Source of the DNA: Candidatus Doudnabacteria bacterium | Lineage (GTDB): Bacteria; Patescibacteriota; Doudnabacteria; UBA920 | Direction: 5' to 3' | Assembly (NCBI GenBank): GCA_016218585.1 | Contig: JACRDK010000004.1 | Location: forward strand, 85,347-149,346 | Length of the DNA stretch: 64,000 nt | Part shown: in pieces, positions 9,688-18,861 of the stretch | How the letters are laid out: each line of letters begins with the position of its first letter | Numbering within the stretch: the first letter of the stretch is position 1 | Translations under genes and position numbers: made by a program | The notes under the pieces: model-generated | Seen by the model: the letters and a program-made list of their open reading frames with translations, nothing else | Told to the model about the DNA's origin: nothing | Databases searched by the model: none

Positions 9688-11196
9688 ATGGCAAACGAAA
9701 TTCAAACAGATACAAAACTGCAAAAAGACTCCTCCCTAAAATGGTGGATTCTTTTGACTGTTATTGTCGGCACTTTTTTGGGCCGGCTTGACCAGACCAT
9801 TGTTAACCTGGCGCTGCCTAATATAATCAGCGACTTCGGCATATCGGTTTCCGCTGCCGGCTGGATTGCAACGGCTTATATTTTAGCCAATGCCGTGTTC
9901 GTACCAATTTGGGGCAAGCTCGGCGATACTTTGGGCCGCAAAAAAGTTTATATTCTTGGCTTCTCGATTTTTATTTTGGGTTCGGTCTTAGCCGGGTTAT
10001 CCTGGAATTTAAGCTCGATGATAATTTTTCGCGTCATCCAGGCCATAGCGGGCAGCGCCGACTACCCCACTGCTATGGCTATTTTGGCGGTTACATTCCC
10101 AACGGAAAAAGAACGCGCCCAGGCTTTGGGAATCTGGTCCGCCTCTTTTGCCGCTGCGGCTGTATTTGGCCCCCTGCTCGGCGGACCGCTAATTGATAAT
10201 TTTGGCTGGCGATCGGTTTTTTTAATCAACTTGCCAATTGGAATTTTGGGTTTGGTAATGGCTATGAAGTTTATTAAGGAATCCACCTCCGGACAAAAAA
10301 ATCCGGTGTTCGATTGGTGGGGCGCCGTTACTTTAGGAGTTTCTTTAACTTCCCTGGTTTTGGTTTTAGACAAAGGCACTGACTGGGGCTGGCTATCGCT
10401 TAACGCTTGGCTCTGCTATTTTGCCATGGCTGCCTTTGCTTACATTTTTGTAATGATTGAACATAAAGCCAAAGAACCAATTGTCGATTTGAAATTCTTT
10501 AAAATTGGCGCTTTTGTCAACACGCTTATAAACAACTTTATTGTGTTTATGGGTATGATGGGCGGATTATTTTTAATCCCCGTCTTTTCTCAAACCTATA
10601 TGGGCTATAACGCCACCGAAGCCGGCATGCTGTTTATTCCTATGGCCGCGGCATTAATGGCCGCCGCCCCGATTGGCGGAATGCTTACCGGCCGAGTGCA
10701 GCCGCGTTATGTTATTGCCGCCAGCACATTTGTTGCCGCCATTGGGTTATACATGTTCTCCTTCCTCGACGCAAAATCCGGAGCCATTGATATTATCCTG
10801 CCGCTAATTGTAATGGCGTTTGGCATGGGTTTTGGCATGGCCCAGCGCACCAATATTATCGCCTCAGTCGTAGATCCTCATGAGATAGGCATCGCCTCCT
10901 CCATTCTTGCTTTAGCCAGAAATATTGCCGGGGCATTTGGCATTGCGTTCTTTGCCACAATATTAACCAATGTTACCGCCAGCAATGTTTTAAAGCTTGG
11001 CCAACACAGCACAATTCATTCTACCAATCCGGCGGACTACCAAACTTTTATTGGTTTGATAATCTTAAAAGCTCAGGTTGATGCTTATAAAGTCGTCTTC
11101 CTTACGGCAGCCGCGCTGTTGCTAATTGGGGCTGTGAGCGCTCTTTGGATTAAAGTGAACAAGGTTCGAGACGATGTAGAAGTTTTTGTTGAATAA
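9688..11196 (+). CDS. MFS transporter, DHA2 (EmrB/QacA) drug:H+ antiporter family, 14 TMS
   Basis: GRLDQTIVNLALPNIISDFG and motif-A-like GKLGDTLGRKKV; about 14 hydrophobic segments. Confidence 0.85.
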   Translation: MANEIQTDTKLQKDSSLKWWILLTVIVGTFLGRLDQTIVNLALPNIISDFGISVSAAGWIATAYILANAVFVPIWGKLGDTLGRKKVYILGFSIFILGSVLAGLSWNLSSMIIFRVIQAIAGSADYPTAMAILAVTFPTEKERAQALGIWSASFAAAAVFGPLLGGPLIDNFGWRSVFLINLPIGILGLVMAMKFIKESTSGQKNPVFDWWGAVTLGVSLTSLVLVLDKGTDWGWLSLNAWLCYFAMAAFAYIFVMIEHKAKEPIVDLKFFKIGAFVNTLINNFIVFMGMMGGLFLIPVFSQTYMGYNATEAGMLFIPMAAALMAAAPIGGMLTGRVQPRYVIAASTFVAAIGLYMFSFLDAKSGAIDIILPLIVMAFGMGFGMAQRTNIIASVVDPHEIGIASSILALARNIAGAFGIAFFATILTNVTASNVLKLGQHSTIHSTNPADYQTFIGLIILKAQVDAYKVVFLTAAALLLIGAVSALWIKVNKVRDDVEVFVE

Positions 11197-11222
11197 ACCT
11201 GTAAATTGAGGTAAAATTAGGT

Positions 11223-12536
11223 ATGAAAAAAATTATAATTTATCTTGTTTTCGTATTAAATTTAGCTGCTGTTATTTATTTGTGGTTCACCGGAACTTCG
11301 CACTACTTGCTAACCTCAGGCACTCAAAGCGGAATATTAATCGCCTTTGGCCGGTTGTTTGGCCTGTTGGGCGAATTTTTTATTTTATTGCAGTTAATTT
11401 TAATTGGGCGCATAACTTTTGTTGAACAGCAATTCGGCCATGACCGCTTAAACCAGCTTCACCGCTGGGTCGGCTATGGAATTGCTTTATTTTTTTTAGG
11501 CCATCCCCTACTGCTCACTTTGGGTTACGGACAAGCCAGCCAAACCGCCTTCATTCCCCAATTTTTAGATTTTTTAAAAAATTGGGAAGATGTTTTTAAA
11601 GCCTTGCTTGGGCTTATTCTTTTTATCATAGTTATTGTCACATCAATTATTATTGTAAAAAAACGTTTGCGTTACGAAACCTGGCACTTTACCCATATGG
11701 TTATGTATATAGCCATTGCCCTGGTTTTTGGCCACCAGACTAACAGCGGAGATTTAACCTCCGGCAGCCCGCTGTATTACTGGATGACGCTTAATTTTTT
11801 TGTCTTTGGATTAATTTTAATTTTTCGCTGGCTCAGACCGCTTTACCGTTTTTATCAACAGCAATTTTATATTGAAAAAATTGTTCCGGAAACTCCGGGT
11901 GTTTTTTCCATTTATTTAAAAGGGCGCGACCTTAAAAAATACAAATTCTACCCCGGCCAGTTTGCGAACTTAACATTCCTTCAAAGAGGAATGTGGTTTA
12001 CCCATCCCTTCTCTTTTTCCGCCGCCCCTAACGGAGAGTACTTAAGATTTTCCATTAAAGCCTCGGGCGATTTTACCAACAAAATAAACTCGCTAAAACC
12101 CGGCAGCAAAGTAATTATCGACGGGCCTTTGGGAGTATTTACGCCCGCCTCCGCAGTAAAAGATAAATTTTTGTTAATTGCCGGCGGCATCGGCATTACG
12201 CCGATTAGAGCCTTAGCCGAACATTTTGCCAAAGAAGGAAAAAATATTTTCCTGCTTTATGGCATGAGAACTCACCAAGATATTACCTTTAAAGACGAGT
12301 TGGAAAAACTCCAATTAAAATATCATTTTATATTGTCCGAGGTTATTGTCGCCCCCGGCAACGGCTTTGGCCAAGGGCGAATTAATCGCGAAACCATTAA
12401 ACAGCAGGTGCCGGATTTTTTAGAACGCGACATATATCTTTGCGGACCCACGCCAATGATGAAAGGCATACTTGCTGAGCTGAAAGCATTGGGAATGCCA
12501 AAAAAACAAATACATTACGAAAAATTTAACTACTAG
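11223..12536 (+). CDS. Ferric reductase-like transmembrane domain fused to FAD-binding and NAD(P)-binding domains (bacterial NOX/ferric reductase homologue)
   Basis: 6 TM with paired His; HPFSFS FAD motif; GGIGITP NAD(P) motif; CGP near C-terminus. Confidence 0.7.
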   Translation: MKKIIIYLVFVLNLAAVIYLWFTGTSHYLLTSGTQSGILIAFGRLFGLLGEFFILLQLILIGRITFVEQQFGHDRLNQLHRWVGYGIALFFLGHPLLLTLGYGQASQTAFIPQFLDFLKNWEDVFKALLGLILFIIVIVTSIIIVKKRLRYETWHFTHMVMYIAIALVFGHQTNSGDLTSGSPLYYWMTLNFFVFGLILIFRWLRPLYRFYQQQFYIEKIVPETPGVFSIYLKGRDLKKYKFYPGQFANLTFLQRGMWFTHPFSFSAAPNGEYLRFSIKASGDFTNKINSLKPGSKVIIDGPLGVFTPASAVKDKFLLIAGGIGITPIRALAEHFAKEGKNIFLLYGMRTHQDITFKDELEKLQLKYHFILSEVIVAPGNGFGQGRINRETIKQQVPDFLERDIYLCGPTPMMKGILAELKALGMPKKQIHYEKFNY

Positions 12537-12538
12537 TA

Positions 12539-12634
12539 CCGTTTCATTTTAATAATGTCGTTCGCTAATGTTTGAAAACCCATCAAAAGATTGTTATTCA
12601 GAGAATCTTGATAGCTAAATTTAAAATGAAACGG
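12539..12634 (+). promoter_or_regulatory. Long structured leader/terminator element: 13-bp perfect inverted repeat enclosing about 70 nt with an internal hairpin
   Basis: CCGTTTCATTTTA (12539-12551) and TAAAATGAAACGG (12622-12634) perfectly complementary; internal AAGATTG...AATCTT hairpin; lies between the reductase stop and the next gene's RBS. Confidence 0.4.
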
Positions 12635-12711
12635 CACTAGCCTGCCCTGAAACAAAACTCCTTATTTCCCGATATAACCACTGTAAGCAAATAATTAATA
12701 AGGAGTAATTT

Positions 12712-14223
12712 ATGCAGAAAAAAACATTTGCCGTAATGGCGGCAACAATGTTAATGCTTTTGGGGCAAATGCTGCCTCAAACGCTACAAACAGCCTTTGC
12801 CTCGGCTAGCATTCCGGCAGCAGCGACAGTAAACGTCAGCTCGGACAGCAAAACAGCGAGCTCAATAGCCTTGCCCGCAATTATAATAACCGAAGGCGCA
12901 GCGGCTGATGTTGCCATTGGCACATACACCTGGGCTTTGCCCGCTGGCTTTGTTCTTGATACCACAAGCTCAACCGACGTGGTTTATGCAGGAGCAGGTC
13001 TTACCGGCTCGAGCACAGTGAGTTTCGTTGATTCAACTCACTTTAGCATTAATGTTACCGCCACTTCCACGGCCGCTGGAAGCATTACTATTGGCGCAGT
13101 AAACCCGATTAAAGTTAGAGTAACAAACGGCACCCCTTTAGCAACAACCGGTAAAATAACTTTAAGCAGCGGCAGCATTGCCGGAATAACCAATACTTCT
13201 GCTTTTGTAAACTTAGCGCAGGTTCCGGGAGCTGCCACAAAATTAGCATTTAGCCAGCAACCTCCGGCAACTCTAACCGCCAGCACCACTTTGTTTAATG
13301 CTTCAGTAGCGGTGCAGGATCAATTTGGCAATTTAGTAAGCTCCGACAACGGACGCGCCATTAATCTGACGCCGTCTGTAATTAGCTCTTCTCCTTTGGG
13401 AGCAATTTCCGGACAAATAAACATTAATACAACAAATGGCGTAGCAAGCTTTACAAACTTGTCATACAACCAAACAGGAATTATCCAATTGGTGGCGCAA
13501 AGCTCGGGACTAACCACTGCAACCAGCAATGCGATTACTGTTTCCGCCTCAACCGTCACCCCAACTCCAATTCCAACTAATGTAGATTTGCCAAATGGCG
13601 TGTTGGTAAAATTCCCCGGCGACTCGACCATCTATATGGTTGTAAACGGAACCTTAAGACCATTTACTTCTGCCGCAATTTTTAATGCCAGAGGCAAAAA
13701 GTTCCGCGATGTAAAAGAAATTGCCAAAGACTGGTTTAAACATTTCCGTGTTGGCAGACCGGTTGGCGATTCAGATGATGACAACATCCCAACTCCAATT
13801 GTTACCATAACTTTGCCGAGCACAACTCCGGTAAGCAGCATTTCCAGCAGCACTTTAGCCGGACTCCCTAACGGCACTGTAGTTAAAGTTGCAGGCAATC
13901 CGACGGTTTATTTAGTAACCAACGGCCAACTGCAGCCAATTCCTTCTCTGAACGTTTTCCATTCCTGGAAAAAACGTTTTGAAGACATTAAAGAAATTCC
14001 CGCTTCTATCTTAAATACACTACCCTTGGGTTCCCCGGCAACTTTTGCCGACGGCACTCTATTAAAAGGCCCGGGACATACAATTTATGTAGTAAAAGGC
14101 GGACAGCTTTATGGAATTCCCAGCATGAGCGTATTAGCAAAAAACGGCTGGTCCTTAAACAGCGTTTTACAAGTCCAAGCTCAAGACCTTACTTCCCTAA
14201 CAACAGGCGGAGTAGAAAACTAA
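12712..14223 (+). CDS. Secreted Ser/Thr-rich surface protein with three C-terminal ~50-aa repeats
   Basis: Signal peptide MQKKTFAVMAATMLMLLGQ; Ser/Thr-rich beta-rich region; three repeats of the form G(D/N)xT(I/V)Y(M/L/V)V(V/T/K)(N/G)G(T/Q)L(R/Q/Y)P(F/I)xSxxVF. Confidence 0.5.
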   Translation: MQKKTFAVMAATMLMLLGQMLPQTLQTAFASASIPAAATVNVSSDSKTASSIALPAIIITEGAAADVAIGTYTWALPAGFVLDTTSSTDVVYAGAGLTGSSTVSFVDSTHFSINVTATSTAAGSITIGAVNPIKVRVTNGTPLATTGKITLSSGSIAGITNTSAFVNLAQVPGAATKLAFSQQPPATLTASTTLFNASVAVQDQFGNLVSSDNGRAINLTPSVISSSPLGAISGQININTTNGVASFTNLSYNQTGIIQLVAQSSGLTTATSNAITVSASTVTPTPIPTNVDLPNGVLVKFPGDSTIYMVVNGTLRPFTSAAIFNARGKKFRDVKEIAKDWFKHFRVGRPVGDSDDDNIPTPIVTITLPSTTPVSSISSSTLAGLPNGTVVKVAGNPTVYLVTNGQLQPIPSLNVFHSWKKRFEDIKEIPASILNTLPLGSPATFADGTLLKGPGHTIYVVKGGQLYGIPSMSVLAKNGWSLNSVLQVQAQDLTSLTTGGVEN

Positions 14224-14239
14224 ACAAAAAAATTATAAA

Positions 14240-14270
14240 ACCCTTCCGATTAACTTCGGGAGGGTTTTAT
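14240..14270 (+). terminator. Rho-independent terminator
   Basis: AAACCCTTCCGATTAACTTCGGGAGGGTTTTAT hairpin plus U-tract. Confidence 0.6.
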
Positions 14271-14474
14271 AATACCTAGTTAAAATGGAACAGGGTTAAG
14301 TGACACTGAAAAATTCTATGTATTAAACACATGTAAACATTGATATTTTAGGCTTTGAGATCTTTAAAAAAACTGTCTTTTTGGCAGTTTTTTTCAGAAA
14401 AAAATTGTAAAGGCTAATAGTTGTTCATAATATGTTAATATACAATTATGTAAGCAATAAAATGTCCAAAATTT

Positions 14475-15995
14475 ATGTTTAGTGATAAAGTATACCAATT
14501 ATATAAGCCTTTCCGAAATCATTTACGTCATGTGGCTGTAGAAAATGCTTTCTTTGTGATTTGGGCATATGCCAATTTTTTTCAATTTGATACACCATTT
14601 CCAAAAAATATTGAAGTACACCAGGAAATACACAAAACAAAAAACTTACCCAATAGACCTCTGCACGAATGGGAGTTATCTTTGTTGGCAAGAGAAATAG
14701 TAATTAATGGGCAATCCTCGCTATCATTTGCTACAAAGAGCTTTCAAAATTGGATGTATTTTTCTGATGCCATAAACAAGTTAAAAGACTTTGAAAATAA
14801 AGCTTGGCCTGTTTTTGGAGGAATGAACAATATTCAAAAAGAAATCAGAAGAATAAGCCACCGTCAATTTCCTTGGCAGGCAAGAATCAATACTTCATTT
14901 TTTCTTAGGTATTATAAAATTTACAATAATCCCCTAATAAGCAAAATAATTGAAGAAAAAATTGGTATGACCTTACAGCAATGGTATACCATCGGAACAG
15001 CTTTGTTTGGCGCCACCTTAACTAATCCAAAATTTAACATTGACACTGAAATTTCAATATCCAATATAACAATGATAGAATTTAATAAATTTCTAAATCA
15101 TACATCAATTGGCCTTGATGACTTAAAAAAACTAATAAAAAAAGAAGTCTACTTTGATGATAGATTTATATACAGTTTTAATCCCCTAGAATACTACCCT
15201 TTAATTAACATAGGGCTATATTACTACTGTCCAATTCCAACCCTTTTAGCGTGGCGTATTACCTCAGGAATATATTTTGATTTAATTAATGAAAAAAGTT
15301 TTGGGCATCCTTTTGGTTTTGCTTACCAGAATTATATCGAAGAGATTACTAAAGTAGTTTTAGATAAGAAACAATATTCTGTTCATCCCGAACAAAAATA
15401 CATAGTAAATGGCGGTTCTCAAGATAGTATCGATTTAATAGTTAGTCAAAATAATTCGGCTTTATTCATTGAAGCCAAAGCTAAAAGACTTACCGTTAAA
15501 TCAAAAAGCGAGCTAGTTTCTGATTCAAATTATGACAAAGATTTAAATACTTTAGCAGATGATGTTGCTCAAGCATATGCAACGATAGATGATTATTTAG
15601 GAGGCTGTTATAAACATTTTCCTTATACAAATGAGATCAAAATTTATCCATTAATTGTTACCTTAGAAGAATGGTATTTATTAGGCGAGGATGTAAAAGC
15701 ACTAAGAGAAAAGGTTAAAATCAAAATTACCCAAAAAGGCTTAGCACTTGAATATTTGGACTCTATGCCTTACACTGTTTGCTCCACCGTCAATTACGAA
15801 GCATTTGTTCAAATTCTGAATAAACATTCAATTGTGGAGGTTATGGATTTATGGCTCGACCCCGAACGATATGGACATAATTTTGGACAATTTCTATCTA
15901 CCAACTATAAAAGAGAGTATAAATTTATTGACGACTATTTCCCTGGCGAGTTTGAAAAAATATATCCTAAGGGAATCATTTCAGAATCTATTTAG
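14475..15995 (+). CDS. Hypothetical protein (506 aa) in AT-rich islet; C-terminal region with a PD-(D/E)xK-like nuclease motif
   Basis: No recognised family; motif SIDLIVSQNNSALFIEAKAK (D-x12-E-A-K) resembles the PD-(D/E)xK core; local GC clearly lower than neighbours. Confidence 0.4.
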   Translation: MFSDKVYQLYKPFRNHLRHVAVENAFFVIWAYANFFQFDTPFPKNIEVHQEIHKTKNLPNRPLHEWELSLLAREIVINGQSSLSFATKSFQNWMYFSDAINKLKDFENKAWPVFGGMNNIQKEIRRISHRQFPWQARINTSFFLRYYKIYNNPLISKIIEEKIGMTLQQWYTIGTALFGATLTNPKFNIDTEISISNITMIEFNKFLNHTSIGLDDLKKLIKKEVYFDDRFIYSFNPLEYYPLINIGLYYYCPIPTLLAWRITSGIYFDLINEKSFGHPFGFAYQNYIEEITKVVLDKKQYSVHPEQKYIVNGGSQDSIDLIVSQNNSALFIEAKAKRLTVKSKSELVSDSNYDKDLNTLADDVAQAYATIDDYLGGCYKHFPYTNEIKIYPLIVTLEEWYLLGEDVKALREKVKIKITQKGLALEYLDSMPYTVCSTVNYEAFVQILNKHSIVEVMDLWLDPERYGHNFGQFLSTNYKREYKFIDDYFPGEFEKIYPKGIISESI

Positions 15996-16143
15996 GATAT
16001 TGACTACCAGATGTTTTTAGTGTATAATTTTAACACAATAAATGTTTGACACAGCAAACATTTAAGTAGGCTCTTACAAACCTGTGTAAGAGTTTTTTGT
16101 TCCCCCTTGTAACTTTCAACTTTATAACTTGAAACTTACTCAT

Positions 16144-16219
16144 GGCGGCTATGGTATAATGGTTATTACATCGCTCTGTGGCAGCGAGAATTCGGGTTCA
16201 ATTCCCGATAGCCGCCCCA
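16144..16219 (+). tRNA. tRNA-His (anticodon GTG), with encoded G(-1) and CCA
   Basis: Hand-folded: G(-1), acceptor GCGGCTA/TAGCCGC, anticodon arm TCGCT-CTGTGGC-AGCGA (GUG), T-arm TCGGG-TTCAATT-CCCGA, discriminator C73, CCA. Confidence 0.85.
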
Positions 16220-16220
16220 A

Positions 16221-16253
16221 TCAAAAAATCCACCCTAAAGGTGGATTTTTTGA
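16221..16253. terminator. Bidirectional hairpin terminator
   Basis: AAAAAATCCACCCTAAAGGTGGATTTTTT. Confidence 0.6.
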
Positions 16254-16256
16254 TTG

Positions 16257-16811
16257 TTATGCTTCTACATCTTGTTTATCGAGAATAAGCTCAAATAGTT
16301 GTTGCTTAATTTCCTCTATATTATATTCTCGCTGATTCTTAATTCTTAATAGAGATAAATTCGCATTCTTAAAAATACATCCAACCTCTTCATCCCGTTC
16401 AATGCGATTTTCCCTATCATGGGAACGATCATCTAATTCTACGGCCAACAAAGGTTTTCTGCTTTCCAAATCGCAAATTAAAAAATCAACAGACTTTTGG
16501 TTAATATGTTTCCATGCGCCTATCCAGCTTTGTCCACGAATTTTGTAATCTAAGAATGCGTCCAAATGCACCTGAGGAAATACAAAATATTGACCATCAA
16601 CTAAATTTAACAATATGCTATAAAACTCATTCTCAGAAGCCGTCATTACTGAATTTTTGACCCTATATTCGTACTTCCGAGCACGTTTTTGACCAATAAT
16701 CGCTGACAAAATAGCCATAACTACTAGAAGCGCAAAAAGCAACAGCAGCATATGACCACCTTGTGTGGTAAATAAACTAGTTATGATCTCCCAAAAATTT
16801 ATTTTTATCAT
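16257..16811 (-). CDS. Membrane-anchored DUF2726 (restriction-endonuclease-like fold) protein
   Basis: N-terminal TM; SENEFYSIL, FLICD and AVELDDRSH motifs typical of DUF2726/NERD-like PD-(D/E)xK proteins. Confidence 0.6.
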   Translation of the reverse strand: MIKINFWEIITSLFTTQGGHMLLLLFALLVVMAILSAIIGQKRARKYEYRVKNSVMTASENEFYSILLNLVDGQYFVFPQVHLDAFLDYKIRGQSWIGAWKHINQKSVDFLICDLESRKPLLAVELDDRSHDRENRIERDEEVGCIFKNANLSLLRIKNQREYNIEEIKQQLFELILDKQDVEA

Positions 16812-16870
16812 AATTTTGTTTTATTAACAGATATAATTTATAGCTACTTATTATTATTATTGATAAGATT

Positions 16871-17305
16871 TTGCTATACTTAATCAATCTTAACATTAAA
16901 TTGGACTTTATGACTAATCCGACTAAAATGCAAATTAATGAAGACGAATTAAAACAAAAACTTACTCCCGAGCAATATAAGATTTTGCGGGAAAAAGGAA
17001 CTGAAGCGCCTTTTTCTTCTCCCCTGCTAAATGCCCACGACGGGATGTTTGCCTGCGCCGTCTGCGGCCAGGAATTATTTTCCGCCGACACCAAATTTGA
17101 TTCCGGCACCGGCTGGCCAAGCTTTGACCAAGCTATCCCCGGAGCAGTAGAATTTAAAGCAGATAAAGAATATGGGATGGAACGAACAGAGGTAATTTGT
17201 TCCAAATGCGGTTCTCACTTAGGCCACGTGTTTAACGACGGCCCAACTGATACGACAGGCAAGCGCTTTTGCATTAACGGCGCCTGTTTAATTAACAAAA
17301 AATAA
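16871..17305 (+). CDS. msrB: Peptide-methionine (R)-S-oxide reductase MsrB
   Basis: Two CxxC zinc motifs ([18 protein letters not shown]) and GTGWPSF; SelR fold. Confidence 0.9.
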   Translation: MLYLINLNIKLDFMTNPTKMQINEDELKQKLTPEQYKILREKGTEAPFSSPLLNAHDGMFACAVCGQELFSADTKFDSGTGWPSFDQAIPGAVEFKADKEYGMERTEVICSKCGSHLGHVFNDGPTDTTGKRFCINGACLINKK

Positions 17306-17320
17306 ATCTGATATTAAAAA

Positions 17321-17366
17321 ATGTAGTTAGCCGATTCATCGGCTCATAAATGAGCTAACTACAACA
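17321..17366 (+). terminator. Nested hairpin terminator after msrB
   Basis: GTAGTTAGC CGATTCATCGG ... GCTAACTAC. Confidence 0.5.
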
Positions 17367-17444
17367 ATCAAACAACCGTTTTGAAATAAGCTCAATCTAT
17401 TTTAAAAGCCTTTTTGATTAAAAGAGGCTTTTTAAATTTCAAAA

Positions 17445-17684
17445 CTAAAATATTAATCTGGCAATTACTACAGCGCCAATTAGCATCCATATAATATTCA
17501 GCCACAGCGGCTGACGGTCTTTTTTGCTGTAAGCCGCCATTGCAATACCCAATGACCCGGTAAAATTTAGTAATTGATACGGTAAGCCGCCCGGAACAAG
17601 GTAAGAAAAGCTAACCAAAAAATAAGCTCCCAAAATTGCAACTACCCCATACCAGCCAAAAACTTGAATATACTTATTTCTCAT
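17445..17684 (-). CDS. Small hypothetical membrane protein (2-3 TM)
   Basis: 79 aa, hydrophobic segments; coupled to upstream ORF by a 4-nt overlap. Confidence 0.4.
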   Translation of the reverse strand: MRNKYIQVFGWYGVVAILGAYFLVSFSYLVPGGLPYQLLNFTGSLGIAMAAYSKKDRQPLWLNIIWMLIGAVVIARLIF

Positions 17685-18010
17685 TTAATTCCTTTTAATT
17701 GTTTCTTTAATTTCTCAGCCCAGGTTTTCCCGGCGTCCCCGCCCCAAAGCAGCCAGGCAATATAGCCGTTAGATGGTTTTTCCTTGTTAAAAAAATTCTT
17801 GCCTTTTTTGTCCACCTCGTGCCTGGCAAAATATGAGACCATCCGGTAAATAGTATCCGGACTAACTGTTTGCCTGTTTTTTAACTCCCTGGCTCTGGCC
17901 CAGCCTACCGCAGTGCCGCCGCGTTTAAATTTGTGGTGAAGCTCAAGCCCTTTAGCCGCCTCTTTTGCCACGGTAACCGGCGGTTTTAAATTGATTGTTA
18001 TTTTAGCCAT
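17681..18010 (-). CDS. Hypothetical basic protein (109 aa)
   Basis: ORF with good coding periodicity; translationally coupled to the downstream gene; family not recognised. Confidence 0.4.
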   Translation of the reverse strand: MAKITINLKPPVTVAKEAAKGLELHHKFKRGGTAVGWARARELKNRQTVSPDTIYRMVSYFARHEVDKKGKNFFNKEKPSNGYIAWLLWGGDAGKTWAEKLKKQLKGIK

Positions 18011-18014
18011 TAAA

Positions 18015-18812
18015 TTATTTGGTTACTGATAAATCTTTTACTGTTTCGGCCAACACCTTCACACTGCCGGAAACATGTTTTCCCTGTACTCTAATTGTAT
18101 CACTCAAATTAAAAAGTGATAAACTTAAAGTCTTCCCCGATTTATTTTGCAGCTTGGCCTTGGTAATATCTACCCCATAAATTACATTGCCATTGCCAAT
18201 AACCGTTATGGCTCCGTCGCTCTTCATAGTAAGCGTGCCGGTAAAATCTATATTTATTAGGCGCAAAGTGCCATTTACTTCCCTGGCCGCAATAACAGTT
18301 GTGCTGCGGTCCCACGCTCCTTTAACTGTCATGCTCATGCCCAATTCTAAATCTTTAAAAGTAGATGAGCTGCCATTCTTTTTAAACACGGTTAAACTGT
18401 CGGTCTTAATAGTTTGATTGCCATACTTAGAGCTTTGCAAAGTAAAACTCTGGCTCCAAGGGTCAATTTCTGTTATTTTGCCGCTAAAGCTGCCATTATG
18501 CGTATACAGCGACATATTGCGCAAAGAACTTGCACTAATGCTGTTGTCGCCCCAAAGTATTCCTTTAACTTCCACCTTGTCCCCCACTAAAATTTCCGTC
18601 AACCGCATGGGCGCGCCATTTTTCCTGGTAAGCGTTGCTTGGCCAACTTCGGCTGAATATTTTGCTCCGTTGCTGCTGGCAAGCACAACCGTGCTGCCGC
18701 TTATTTTCTGGGCGTAGCCGGTTATGGTTTTTGTCCCTGTTGCCAAAATTATTCCGGGCAACACAAAAAACATTACAACGGCCCCGCAGGCCAAACTGTA
18801 TATTTTTTTCAT
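18015..18812 (-). CDS. Secreted beta-rich protein with DUF5666-like repeats
   Basis: Signal peptide then repeated V(x)VKG...S(I/F)TL...G...(T/V)VxVxxxT motifs. Confidence 0.45.
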   Translation of the reverse strand: MKKIYSLACGAVVMFFVLPGIILATGTKTITGYAQKISGSTVVLASSNGAKYSAEVGQATLTRKNGAPMRLTEILVGDKVEVKGILWGDNSISASSLRNMSLYTHNGSFSGKITEIDPWSQSFTLQSSKYGNQTIKTDSLTVFKKNGSSSTFKDLELGMSMTVKGAWDRSTTVIAAREVNGTLRLINIDFTGTLTMKSDGAITVIGNGNVIYGVDITKAKLQNKSGKTLSLSLFNLSDTIRVQGKHVSGSVKVLAETVKDLSVTK

Positions 18813-18861
18813 TTTATTTCGCGTTAATTTTTATTTCGCCGCGGGCATTTGGACCCGCAGT

